A DNA stretch of 63,996 nt, counting the filler, from Asterionella formosa (lineage: Eukaryota), in assembly GCA_002256025.1 (NCBI GenBank). It is 14 parts of 14 records of this genome, joined end to end, with 100 filler letters (N's around TTAATTAATTAA, not from the genome) between each part and the next. Parts side by side here need not be neighbours in the genome. Positions count along the whole stretch, not along the records: positions 1 to 22,936 come from NKIB01002573.1; positions 23,037 to 45,964 come from NKIB01002578.1; 12 more parts are not named here. One strand, 5' to 3'. Shown piece after piece: positions 11,684-23,568 of this stretch (position 1 is the first letter of the stretch; every line of letters starts with the position of its first letter). Both the position numbers and the translations under genes were made by a program. The notes below the pieces were generated by a model. It made no database searches and was not told the origin of the DNA. It saw nothing but the letters and a program-made list of their open reading frames with translations.

Positions 11684-13345
11684 ATGAGTCTCAAGGTACA
11701 AAAGCAGATTTACTGTGGCCTTAAAGTATTTGTGCTGACAGTGTTTATGATACTGTTGTTTCTTAGCAGTTGGCTCAGCAGCAGCAGTAGCAGTACCGGT
11801 AGTAACAGAACAACTTATGTGGTTTCTATGCATCAAGATGAAAGCCATGCACCGACACTCCCTGGTGCTTCTGGAAGCACAACATACAACGACGTTACCC
11901 ACCTGAAAGTTATGACTGGAGAACTTCCAGGATACACTGGATGGGCTAGACCAGACCGTACATTGGCAGGATACTTTAAAGTGGTGGAACCTCCAAGCAC
12001 CCATGACAGTTTTCAATTCGTTGTGCGCCTGAATTGCACGCACCCACTTTGTCAACATGGCGGATCCAAGTTCTATGTAAGATCCTATGGGCCATCGGTC
12101 GTGGCGGGAAGGACAACAGACCACAGAAATGGAAGCTATGACATATTCTGGCCAATAGGGACAGAACATGAACAATTCACTGTGGAGGTTGTTTTAACAT
12201 TTTCATCAACGCCGGAATATAAGAACTTTCCCCTCCGTGATGCTGCTGCTGCGCCTGCATACGAAGGACATTTAATACCGGGATTCCCCTTGCTGATCAC
12301 GTCGAACAAAACGATTATAGCAACACCAGACCGTATCTGTTCCTCCAAGGACTTATATGTTTCCTCTTCCCTTGGAGGGTACAGTAAAGGACGTTGGGTA
12401 GTGGTTGACAGAGTTTCAAATCCAACTTATTTTTCAAATGAAACCGACGAGTTTTCGGTTCAAGGATATCAACATGGTGGAAATGCGTTGGGTATCTTCA
12501 TGAACTATCAGCCGTACCATTGCCGTTTTCCCCTTTTATTAGATCAAGCCAAGAATTGGTTCCAGTCCTGCGAATCGCCAAAGAAACCAACACGTTTGAT
12601 ATTCATTGGTGATTCTGTCATGAAGATGCAAGAACATGCCTTCGTCAAGGCTAAGATACACGGCATCCAGATAACCTTCATCAAGACCCATACAGGTCTT
12701 CACAATATCCTCCACAATGTTGAATCGGCGCTTTCGGACAAAGCTTTGAGAGAAGAATCGGAAGATCTTATCATTGTTTTCAACAGTGGACTTCATGACA
12801 TTGCACAACTCTGCAGCCCAATTTCGAAGCGGAGGCGGGATAAGATGAATTTGGATTTGCACAATGAAAGGTGGTATTCATGCGTGGATCACTACAAACG
12901 ACTTTTCACCAAACTTGCGAAAATTATTTCGACTTTTCCCGCGAAACTACGAGTCTTCCAAACGACCTCAGCAGGATGGATGAAGTATGGAAACTATGGC
13001 TTTGCCTGGTCCCCATACAAGCAGCAAATCCTACCGTTTGATACAAGCTTTGCTGAACACTTTAATGAGATCGCCTTTGATGTTCTCAAGCCATTCGATA
13101 ACATACAGATCGTTGATGCATATTGGCTCATGTTAGCTCGTCCCGACAATCGAGAAGTCGACGCTGATCAAAGTATCGGGAAACACTTGGTCCACCCAGG
13201 AAATGAAGTGCTCGGCGCCCTCACTTCTATCTGGATGACAGTATTTGCGGAAACCTTGGATGAAAAGTGTTTTGCAGAATATGAAAAACAATATTCTCGC
13301 CGTGGTAGTCGAGGAAAGCGTAGTTCTGAAAACAAGTACCGGTAG
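11684..13345 (+). CDS. Type II membrane protein with SGNH/PC-esterase-like (NXPE/TBL-like) domain
   Basis: 553-aa ORF, N-terminal TM helix, DHRNGSY Ig-like segment, motifs IFIGDS, NSGLHD and a C-terminal LVHP. Confidence 0.75.
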   Translation: MSLKVQKQIYCGLKVFVLTVFMILLFLSSWLSSSSSSTGSNRTTYVVSMHQDESHAPTLPGASGSTTYNDVTHLKVMTGELPGYTGWARPDRTLAGYFKVVEPPSTHDSFQFVVRLNCTHPLCQHGGSKFYVRSYGPSVVAGRTTDHRNGSYDIFWPIGTEHEQFTVEVVLTFSSTPEYKNFPLRDAAAAPAYEGHLIPGFPLLITSNKTIIATPDRICSSKDLYVSSSLGGYSKGRWVVVDRVSNPTYFSNETDEFSVQGYQHGGNALGIFMNYQPYHCRFPLLLDQAKNWFQSCESPKKPTRLIFIGDSVMKMQEHAFVKAKIHGIQITFIKTHTGLHNILHNVESALSDKALREESEDLIIVFNSGLHDIAQLCSPISKRRRDKMNLDLHNERWYSCVDHYKRLFTKLAKIISTFPAKLRVFQTTSAGWMKYGNYGFAWSPYKQQILPFDTSFAEHFNEIAFDVLKPFDNIQIVDAYWLMLARPDNREVDADQSIGKHLVHPGNEVLGALTSIWMTVFAETLDEKCFAEYEKQYSRRGSRGKRSSENKYR

Positions 13346-13438
13346 CTGGGTTGCTACTTACGATGTTAGTTGCACTAACAAAATATCTCCCCACAACAAG
13401 AAATCAGAAAATTAACAGTTACAGCGATAAAAGGTATG

Positions 13439-15465
13439 CTAGACCTGCAAAGGTCCAACCTGAACGTATCCTTGTCGGCCTGCTCGGTCCAATGGATTAC
13501 CAGTAAAAAAGACGCGGTTGACACCGTAAACCAAGAAAGAAACGAAGAGAAAGGGAATCAGAGCCATCCCACCCTTCTTGGCCACGTCGCCTGCATTATC
13601 GACATTCGAGTTAACTACTACGTTACTCAAAGCATCGTCTTCTGAAGTGCTGACATCGTCAGTCATCTGTTCCTCAGTCGATGGAATGGGTGCTGGGGTG
13701 GCTTTGGCACGTGCCTTAGCGTCGTCCGATTTTTCATCCGCGGTCTTGCCCTTGAGCAAGGAGTTTCCATGCGAAATCACCACGTCATCGTCGATTTTCA
13801 CCCCTTGCCAATTGTTCTTATCTCCAGATGTGGGGTCAGGAAATTCGTGAACGATGTCCATGCTGTCATTGGTGCGAAAGATGATGTTTTCACATATTCC
13901 ATACAAGTCAACCGAAGCCACACTGGGGTCCGGAATGCGGGGGATCCATCCCTCTCTAATTCCCCGCATAAAGTTCCATTCGGCAAAGGCTCCACCTTCT
14001 GTTTTAAAGGTCCAATAGAACCACCCCCTCGATATTCCTAAATCTGCGGCTTCGTATGTGACCATTTGAGCTTGTACAAAGTTGGACAAGAATTCTTTTC
14101 GTCTGTTGGAAATGGTTCGATCTAGAAACGGAGCAGTACCATTGCGTGCTATCCCCTTCATGACGACATCCAACATACTAATGACTAATGTATCAAAGGA
14201 TGCCGACCACTCTCCAAATACGCGTGAAATTCCTTTGGAAGGGATAGTTTTGTTTTTTGGATCATTCCAACAGCAAGCATCGGCTTCTCTAGTATTCTTT
14301 TGGCAGACGTAGGCAATGTGCTGACGAGGGGATAGAGCACGAGGGCGTTCTGCAAAGACTGTGGGAGGGGGGGAGAGAGAAATGCTGGTGAGAAAAAGTT
14401 GACATTATATTGATTGTGATTGTAAAAGTAGTAGTAGTCGCATTGTGGTTGACGAATAATAATAAACCTACCATGATAGTAATGTGAATCCAAAAACGTA
14501 TTTTCATACTTTTCGTCAGTCCACCATCCATCTGCAAATCTGGTCGAATTGAAGATATCTCCCACATACACACTGGTCGCTGGTCCCATATTTTTTCTCA
14601 GAATAGCCAGTGCCCTTTCATTATAGTCTCTCACAATAACATCACTGCAATCCACAAATGGTTCATTCAATGTTCCAAAGCCCGTGACAACATCACTCAA
14701 TCCATCATCGACAATGGCTTGACTAATATCTTGTACAGCTTTCAATGTCCTGTTAACATTATTTGGATCATTTTGCCAATTTGTACATGTTGGATTCGGC
14801 AAAGCATGTCCACTATTGTCAAACCCGTTTTGACTTCCCGGCGCTGTATGAATGTCTGGCCAAACTTGAATATTAAATTCCCTGCACCAACTTACCAATC
14901 GGATAAAGTACAACCACCCCCCCTCTACCCATGGTTCGTCTCCTATAGTAGCACTATCCTCCAGTATCCAATGAGGCACAGGGACTCTCACATGTGTCAC
15001 ACCAGCTTCATGGAGCGTTCTAATATCATCCTTGGTAACAAAGTGCTCCCAATGAAACTCCAACCATCGTTTGGCAATGTGTTTGTCATGAAAGGCAGTT
15101 AATAATGTGTACATATCGATCGGGTAGTCCAACTCTCCTGTGTTACTCATGAATTGCACTGGTTTGCAATGAAACAAATCACATACTTGATAGTCGGGTG
15201 AATCCAAAGGTGGGGCATCTACTTGGCCAGGATAAAAACAAAAGTCTCCACGCAAGTGACATGTCGTAATGGCAAAGAAGTAGGGAGTAATGAAACGTTC
15301 CATGACAAGCCAGCCACCAATGTTGACTCCGCGGACCCAAGGTTTAGTAGTCTTTGCAGTAGTCATGTTGGCAGAGGCAGAGTCCGACAGGAATACCACT
15401 ACTGCTAGTGCAAGTGCAGCAGCTGCTGCTGCTGCTGCTGGTAGGCACGCGAGTTTCATCATCAT
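13439..15465 (-). CDS. Secreted/membrane-anchored GH5 exo-beta-1,3-glucanase-like protein; 2 exons (15465-14472, 14358-13439)
   Basis: RGVNIGGWLVME, HVRVP, DIHTAPGSQNGFDNSG, LNEP (acid/base), DSHYYH, GEWS (nucleophile), GWFYWTFKTE. GT-AG intron 14471-14359 restores the frame (YYH|VFAERP). Signal peptide and C-terminal TM helix. Confidence 0.93.
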
Positions 15466-16126
15466 TGCTGTGCTGTGCTGTGCTGTGCTGATAAATGTTC
15501 TGATCTGTTCTGCTTTGATCTGGTTCTGATCTGCCGCAACTAGCTGTGAATACCGGTAATAGCCAGAATTTTGTAGAGCACTTTACATATGTTTTATTTA
15601 TTGTTGTGGTCTCAACCACAAGAAATGGTAAAGACTTTCACAGCAGAGGAGTACCGGTACCGGCATACGATTGTGGTAGGACAATACATACAAGTAAACG
15701 CTAGACTGTGGTACCAGGGTACCTGGTACATAGGAAGGATGATGGTGGTTGATGATAATGAGCCAATGACAGCCAGTATTTGAAATCTGCACATCTGTAC
15801 GAACACAGGTGCCGGGTTACCTTGTACCAGCAGAAGATGTCGAACCCCTATACAATATGTTGTGGTACTCCCTGATAAATATGAATGTGGAATAATCACG
15901 ATGCCGGTAACGGTTTGACAACACTGTATACATACATTGTCACGATGAATGCTCTATGTATAACATACCGGTGTGTGCATAAAACGAAATATTATTATCA
16001 ATCTGTGGACCCTGTTACCAGTACCTCGGAATACCCCAGTAACAGGTTATCGATGACATTGGTACCAGGATAGGTGGAGACCGTTAATCGAGAAATTTAG
16101 GCTTAGCCTTATTAAGTAAACATCGT

Positions 16127-16539
16127 NNNNNNNNNNNNNNNNNNNNNNNNNNNNNNNNNNNNNNNNNNNNNNNNNNNNNNNNNNNNNNNNNNNNNNNNNN
16201 NNNNNNNNNNNNNNNNNNNNNNNNNNNNNNNNNNNNNNNNNNNNNNNNNNNNNNNNNNNNNNNNNNNNNNNNNNNNNNNNNNNNNNNNNNNNNNNNNNNN
16301 NNNNNNNNNNNNNNNNNNNNNNNNNNNNNNNNNNNNNNNNNNNNNNNNNNNNNNNNNNNNNNNNNNNNNNNNNNNNNNNNNNNNNNNNNNNNNNNNNNNN
16401 NNNNNNNNNNNNNNNNNNNNNNNNNNNNNNNNNNNNNNNNNNNNNNNNNNNNNNNNNNNNNNNNNNNNNNNNNNNNNNNNNNNNNNNNNNNNNNNNNNNN
16501 NNNNNNNNNNNNNNNNNNNNNNNNNNNNNNNNNNNNNNN
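16127..16539. other. Scaffold gap (N run)
   Basis: Run of N; it truncates the 3' end of the adjacent CDS. Confidence 0.99.
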
Positions 16540-17122
16540 CACCCACACTCATGGAAGCAGATGTTGGCTTGGTCATGGTCGATGATGCTGGTGCAGGACT
16601 GCTCACAGGAGTTTCAGTAATGCTCGATGGTGGACTCACCAATCGCATGCTAGTAGCATTCTCGCAAGATGTATCTGAAGGATAGACATTTGTCACGAGC
16701 AACCTTGGTGGTGTTCCTGAATAGTTAGTATCCAAGACACCCACCACCGTCGCAGCAAAGCCATACATTTGACCCCCATTTGGATTGGCACATGTGCCAC
16801 ATCCTCCCACTTGAAGGGCAAGTGCTCGTACCATGGTGTTTCCTGTCGAATCCAATTCGACAGCTCGTTCGTACTCTGAGGCATTTACATCGACTAGTAC
16901 TTCGTAGCCACTATCAACACAATCAGAAAGTTCAACCAAGCAGTGAATCGAATGATTTTCTGGCTGTTTCAGTGTGGGTAGGCCATTGTCGATCATGAAA
17001 CCTTTATCGATGCAGAATTTGTCCATAATGTATCCAGTGTAGCAGGTCTCATTTTGCGAGGCAACGAGTCTACTAGCCAGGGCTAGGGCAAAGATCAAGC
17101 GAGGGATTGTGTCAGTGAACAT
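16540..17122 (-). CDS. Secreted Cys/His-rich domain protein, paralog 1 (3' end lost in gap)
   Basis: Signal peptide; GYIMDKFC...HSIHCLVE...CVDSGY...CGTC; S/T/P-rich tail; highly similar to the two neighbouring paralogs. Confidence 0.85.
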
Positions 17123-18812
17123 GAGGTTATATTTGATTCTTGATGAATACCGTAATGTGTAATAGTTACTACAAGCAATTGTTTTGACAATGTGAGAAGA
17201 TTTGTTGTTCCACCCTCACTTTATCTTTTTTATGAGCAAACAATTTTATTTTTCTGGATGTATTTATCTGAACGAAAATATGTACTACAGCTACGAAAAT
17301 GGTCAAAGAATGCTCAAGCAACCATTTGCGTGCCTCTGCCCAGGTATATGGGACGATAATAATGCAGAAATAATGATTGGGATTTCAAAAGCGACATAGA
17401 CCTACCCGAACTAGTAATTGCACTTATGTAGACCCTCGTACATGGTACCATTTACTGAACAACTGTATTTATAGACTACATTTAAACTACCGGTAGACAT
17501 AATACACAATTCCACTCTTGTTAAGATATCACGGAACTGATACTTACCGGCCATATACTGGTAGACTCCCGATACTGGTATTTGCGTGTACGTAGATTGC
17601 TCAGTTATCAAGGGATAATTCTCCTGTGTCCTCCTTCCTCGATGCCAACTCAACCACAGGACAAAAACTTGTCATATTCTTACCCGGTACCCTGCTCTCA
17701 CTCGTCCAATACCCATGCAACAACATGGGCCACTCTCGCTAACGGTACTCACATCACATCGAAACTGAAAACACCAGGCAGCCATGTTGGCTGCTACTCC
17801 TAGTATACTATGGTAGCTAGACCTAGAATGCGGAATGCAATTCTTCGGAGAGGAAAATGGTAGCACACCTCCAATCTGGCCCCTTTTAAGAAACTCTATG
17901 TACACTCTTCCTCTACACATTCAACAACACCTTTTACAAGCAATCGAACACAGACTGGAACCGTAGCTAGTATTCTTCTTCGCTGATAGGTAGCACTCAT
18001 CTGAAGGGAAATGATGACTCTCAAGGACAAACGGTAAGATAGGTCCGAGAACGTAGGGACTTGTATGTAGCTACGTAAACTTCAATACCGGTGAGCTACC
18101 CCTTAGTTTTGTCGCGTGAAATGTATAAATATATTCAAAATGCGTCTAATACTTACCGGTACTCCACATAATACTGGTACATACCTCAAGTAGCTAATAG
18201 TTAAAAATGGTCGAGCTTGTGTCTTCTCGTTCTTCATGTATTCATTTAATAAACATGTCATCTGAAAAACATACACCTGGATACTGGGACGAAGTACTTA
18301 AAAGATACCATGCCAAGAAATGTAAATTTAGGAAAATGATATTTCGTTCTCCCTACCGGTATTTCGATATGTCGTCCCCCTAACCCTAACCCTAGACTTT
18401 TCCAAGGGAGCATCCGTTCATATTTTACCGGTAGTAATTAACATTTACATACCGGTCGTACATTCATAATTAACTATCTACGAGTAAAATACATCCAAAA
18501 AGGCGAACTCATGTGGAGCAACAGGATTGCTGTGACTCTCCTAATTTTAGATATATATCTTACCAGGAGTGCAGGAAACCAAAAGATAGCTTGAGGAGCA
18601 GATGGCAATTTTCGTACTGTGTGTACTGGGTCTTTTCAGGTATACCACCAAGAAAAAATCATGAAACAGGAACACAAAAAATAGGAAAGTGAGAACAAAA
18701 CGATTCTCTTCTTTGTCGAAACAATTGCTTCTTGGAAGTATTACACATTACAGTATACATCAAGAATCATATAGATTGTTGCAACTATCACACATTTCGG
18801 TATTCATCAAGA

Positions 18813-19427
18813 ATGAAATATAATATTATGTTTCAGCCTCGCTTGATCTTCGTCCTTGCCCTGACTATTAGTAGACTCGTTGCATCACAAAATGAGACCT
18901 GCTACAATGGATACATTATGGACAAATACTGCATTGATCAAGGTTTCATGATCGACAATAACCTACCCACACTGAAACAGCCAGAAAATCATTCGGTTCA
19001 CTGCTTGGTGGAAATTCCTTTCTGTGTTGATAGTGGGTACGAAGTACTAGTCGATGTTAATGCCTCAGAATACCAACGTGCTGTTGAACTGGATTCGACA
19101 GGAAATACCATGGTACGATCACTCGCAATTCAAGTGGGAGGATGTGGTTCATGTGCCAATCGAAATGGGGGTCAAATGTACGGCTTTGCTGCGACGGTGG
19201 TGGGTGTCTTGGATACTAACTATACAGGAACACCACCAAGGTTGCTCGTCACAAATGTCTATCCTTCGGATATTTCATGCGAGAATGCTACTGCTATTGC
19301 ACCTGCACCATCAGTGAGTCCTCCATCAACCAGCAGCATGCCGACAAGTAGTACCAAAAGTTCGCGATTAGGAGCATGGGTGGGAGCAGCTACAGCAGTG
19401 GTTGTTGGAGGTATTGTTTGGCAGTAG
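18813..19427 (+). CDS. Secreted Cys/His-rich domain protein, paralog 2, probable GPI or membrane anchor
   Basis: Same domain; short S/T/P linker; hydrophobic C-terminus WVGAATAVVVGGIVWQ. Confidence 0.85.
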   Translation: MKYNIMFQPRLIFVLALTISRLVASQNETCYNGYIMDKYCIDQGFMIDNNLPTLKQPENHSVHCLVEIPFCVDSGYEVLVDVNASEYQRAVELDSTGNTMVRSLAIQVGGCGSCANRNGGQMYGFAATVVGVLDTNYTGTPPRLLVTNVYPSDISCENATAIAPAPSVSPPSTSSMPTSSTKSSRLGAWVGAATAVVVGGIVWQ

Positions 19428-19913
19428 TTGCTTTGTTTATTTCAACCATTTTGGATTTAGCGGCTCCAATATTGTAGATTTCACCTTGTTTCGTCATGTT
19501 TCGTCATGGCTGTTGGAGTATAATAATCGATACTTGCATGAGTGCATTCTTTCCCTTGAAGACTTTTTTTTTAATTTAGTTTATCTGCGTAGATGTTGCT
19601 TCAGTAGTGGATGGACTTTTAACCTTGCCGTAATCTCAAATCTAGGTATGCTTTGCAAAGATTGCCTGCCTTTTCATTAGACTGCCAGTCTTACTAGATT
19701 ATATTCTAGTACTTACCGAAATCCTTACTGCTAGACTATGTGATATTTGGATTTTAAAAATATTTACCATTACACACACAACGGCGAAATCATCCTCCAA
19801 AAAGCACAAAACTGTTTCAGGATGTTTGATAATTATAAATGAAATGACAAAAGAAGCAACCTTCTACACAATATTTCCACAAAATCTGGATGCCTCCAAA
19901 GAAAATACACCAG

Positions 19914-20750
19914 CTACCAAACCATTCCTCCTCCAAGAGCAATCACCACCGTAGCTGCACACACCCACCCTTCGCATCGCGCATTCGTCGAACTCGTGGC
20001 AGTAGCCGTCGGCTTGATTGTGGTCGATGATGCTGGTGCAGGACTGCTCACAGAAGGTATTGTAGTCGTTGGCGACATGGTCGTGCCCAATGGTGCAGCG
20101 CTGCTCACAGGAGATTCAGTAGTCGTCGGCATAGTCATGCTAACTGGTGCAGGACTACTCACCGGAGATTCAGTAGGCGTTGGCATCGTGATGCTCAATG
20201 GTGCAGGACTGCTTACCGGAGGTTCAGTATCCATGGTCGTGCTCGATGGTGGACTCACCAATCGCACGCCAGTAGCATTCTCGCATGAAATATCCGAAGG
20301 ATAGACATTTGTCACGAGCAACCTTGGTGGTGTTCCTGTATAGTTAGTATCCAAGACACCCACCACTGTCGCAGCAAAGCCGTACATTTGACCCCCATTT
20401 GGATTGCCACATGTGCCACATCCTCCCACTTGAGTGGCGAGTGCTCGTACCATGGTATTTCCTGTCGAATCCAGTTCAACAGCACGTTCATATTCTGAGG
20501 CATTAACATCGACTAGTACTTCGTATCCACTATCAACACAAACAGAAATTTCTACCAAGCAGTGAACCGAATGTTTCTCTGGCTGTGTCAGCGTGGGTAG
20601 GCCATTGTCGATCATGAAACCTTGATCAATGCAGAATTTGTCCATAATGTATCCATTGTAGCAGGTCTCATTTTGTGATGCAACGAGTCTACTAATAGTC
20701 AGGGCAAGGACGAAGATCAAGCGAGGCTGAAACATAATATTATATTTCAT
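19914..20750 (-). CDS. Secreted Cys/His-rich domain protein, paralog 3, with mucin-like 16-aa repeats and hydrophobic tail
   Basis: Same domain; about four TESPVSSPAP-type 48-nt repeats; C-terminus WVCAATVVIALGGGMVW. Confidence 0.85.
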   Translation of the reverse strand: MKYNIMFQPRLIFVLALTISRLVASQNETCYNGYIMDKFCIDQGFMIDNGLPTLTQPEKHSVHCLVEISVCVDSGYEVLVDVNASEYERAVELDSTGNTMVRALATQVGGCGTCGNPNGGQMYGFAATVVGVLDTNYTGTPPRLLVTNVYPSDISCENATGVRLVSPPSSTTMDTEPPVSSPAPLSITMPTPTESPVSSPAPVSMTMPTTTESPVSSAAPLGTTMSPTTTIPSVSSPAPASSTTIKPTATATSSTNARCEGWVCAATVVIALGGGMVW

Positions 20751-21005
20751 TCTTGACAAGGAGATAGATTCGTTGTTCTGTCACTTATTAATAATGTGCC
20801 GGTTTCATCTATAGGAACTGGAGCATTCTACTACCGGTACATTATATTGACCTGCGGAAATGCTCAAGCAACCTTCTGCTCTTCTGCAGAGGCACGATGA
20901 AAGCAGGAATATGGACAGGAAGATACTTACGGTACCGGAATTCATATTGAGTAGAGATTGATGAGTGAAAATCAAACACAACACAAGAACCTACCGGTAC
21001 CGGTA

Positions 21006-21329
21006 TGTCAGAATGTGTCTGTCAGGCTGTTGATATCGACAGGTGTCCGACGACTAGATTTAGTCTTAGGAATGTCTAAATCATGCATGGGCGGAAATAG
21101 AAACAGTATTTGCATTGTAGAATAATATATGCGAACGAACGGCGCGAGATAATAGATATTGACTGGTCATTCCAGGGCAAAGGAGCACGTTATGTAGGAA
21201 GAAGCGCCGTACCGGTAAATTAAAAGAAACCTATACCCGTACTATATATAATATACCGGTACATCTGGAAATTGGTGTTGATGACAATTAAATACGCTAT
21301 ATATTTACGCATACGGTACCGGTGGCACA
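21006..21329 (-). mobile_element. Possible LTR next to the gypsy remnant
   Basis: TG...CA-bounded segment directly following the truncated pol; no second copy or TSD. Confidence 0.25.
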
Positions 21330-22936
21330 TGTAAACTATGGTTGGTTGCAACCTGAAGATAAATATGCATGAGTGTATCTGCAACTAGCAATGCTTTCAT
21401 TTCCTCAAAAGGTTGTTGATGTATAGGTAACCATACAAATGGATCAGTTCCAATTAAATCCATAAGTGGTCCAAGAACATGAGATTGTCTAGGAAAGCAA
21501 CATCTCTCGATAGTACTAAGTAACAGCACCAAGAAACAATCTGACTTGTTTAAGTTTGGTAGGTGAAGACAAATTAATCAATGCTTGGAACTTTTTAGAC
21601 CAAGGTTTCAGTCCATTAGGAATTAACCAATAGCCTAACCAATCTGTCTCTTGGACTGCCCATTCACACTTAGATGGATTAATTATAAAACCATTTGCCT
21701 GGAAACGATGTAAAATAGTGTCCAATAAATGAAGGTGATCCGAAAAATTCATTGAAAAACAACCCACATCATCAATATAAATTTCCACATCATCTAAATC
21801 ACTAAGAACCTGTTGCATAGTTTCTTGTGCGATGTCGGATGATTGTTTCACCTCCATAGGGAGACGTAATTATTTATATAAACCAAATGGAGTGGAAATA
21901 ACGCACAAATTTTGACTCTCCACACACATCCAATGCGAAGGTATGATAATGCATAGACACATCCAATTTGGTGAAAAATACATATCCAGCACGTTGAGTG
22001 ATAATAGTTGTATTCGAGGTATAGGGTATATATTGCAATTGATGACTTTATTGAGTTCACGAACATCTGACACCCATTGGACACTTCCATCCTTTTTAGG
22101 AATAATAAAAGTGGGAAATGCCCATTTAGAATCACCACATTTTTTAAGGACTCAAATATCACACAACCGTTGTAATTCGGTTTTGAAACCTTCTAAATGA
22201 ATATGTACTACCGGATATGCTCGTTAAAAACAAGGGATGGCATTTGATGATATTTCCAAATGTACCTGTTTATGAGGATAAACTTTTAATTTTACATCAA
22301 ATAATGTTTGATTTCAACCAATATAGTTCGTAAACATGATCATTGCATTGTTGTCAAATGTATCTGTTTATCCACCACTGTATCAATATTCACGTAATTA
22401 TATTCAGCAGCTTTGATTTCCAACGCATATGAAGATTCCACAATCATGGGTGCATCAAAATACAACAATACATCACGTAAACGTTCTCCGTCATCAAAGA
22501 AATGTGAGGGGATGCATAGGAACAATCATTTCCATACAGGACATGGTATTATTTACGAAATCAATGGTTAAACCAACTTGACGAAGGAAATCACGTCCTA
22601 AAATAGCATCAAATGTGCGTATTCCATTAAAAACTTGACACTTTTGTTGTAAAATTCGAGCAGATCGATTAAATTCAGGTAGAATCAGGTTAAGTAAAAT
22701 AACACTGGCATGAGATGAATAAGTACCAGCTATGTTATGTATCAATTGGGAAGTCTTGTTAGACGAAGAAATACCTTGAGGCATAACCTGTTCATGTATT
22801 AAGGATAAGGATGCTCCACTATCAAAAAATGCTCGTAGTATTTTATACATAGGCATACTAGCATCCACCAATCGTGGCGCTAAAAGAGACATCGGAATTA
22901 AATCAATTGACGATAATATCGTCTGTAAATAAAAAA
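21330..22936 (-). mobile_element. Degenerate Ty3/gypsy pol (protease, RT, start of RNase H)
   Basis: Protease FDSGAS...ILGRDFL; RT motifs DVRELNK, YPIPRI, TPFGLY, YIDD, KCEWAVQETDWLGY; PR-RT order; many stops and frameshifts. Confidence 0.9.
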
Positions 22937-23036
22937 NNNNNNNNNNNNNNNNNNNNNNNNNNNNNNNNNNNNNNNNNNNNTTAATTAATTAANNNNNNNN
23001 NNNNNNNNNNNNNNNNNNNNNNNNNNNNNNNNNNNN
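22937..23036. other. Artificial contig linker N44-TTAATTAATTAA-N44 (also at 45965, 47470, 48975, 50480, 51997, 53500, 55002, 56505, 58008, 59511, 61014, 62516)
   Basis: Identical 100-nt spacer with stop codons in all six frames, repeated 13 times. Confidence 0.98.
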
Positions 23037-23568
23037 GTACAAAATCAACCGTCAATGCAACCGGGTTGATTTTTTCTTTGTTGTACAATACTGTATTTTC
23101 TCGTGATCAAGTACGGAAAAATACCGTCAAGGTATTTTACCATCCGCAGTAGAACGATACTTGAGGCCTACAGAAAAATACAACCTGGGTTGATTTTTAC
23201 AAGTAATACCTGGATACTATCAGTAAATTCGACTTTTAAAAGCAGACGTCGCGAGGCAGTATGTGCAGATGATGCCGAACGACCACCCGCCATCAATGAC
23301 CTTCTCCTGCATGTCCATTTTTGAATTTGATCATTATAATACTATTCGTTGTGAATGAATTTTATCAATCATTTTCGCTCGCTGGCTTGATCATGTTTGG
23401 TGGGTATCGAGCAACAAAGCAAGGAACCAGGGGCACATTTCGGCAACATCTCGTATGAACCGAGTTTCCCAAAAGTACAATCCCAATTTCGGGAACATTT
23501 AAAGTTGAACGCTAGGTGGGGTAAACAACTGGCTACAGTTCACTCTCAGTCCGTGATTTGCTTCTCCG

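Noticed and set aside
18378..18394. Interstitial telomeric repeat (CCCTAA)
   Set aside because: Fewer than three units; could arise by chance.
22981..22992. TTAATTAATTAA as a biological motif, and ORFs ending in LIN or X runs
   Set aside because: Synthetic six-frame-stop linker.
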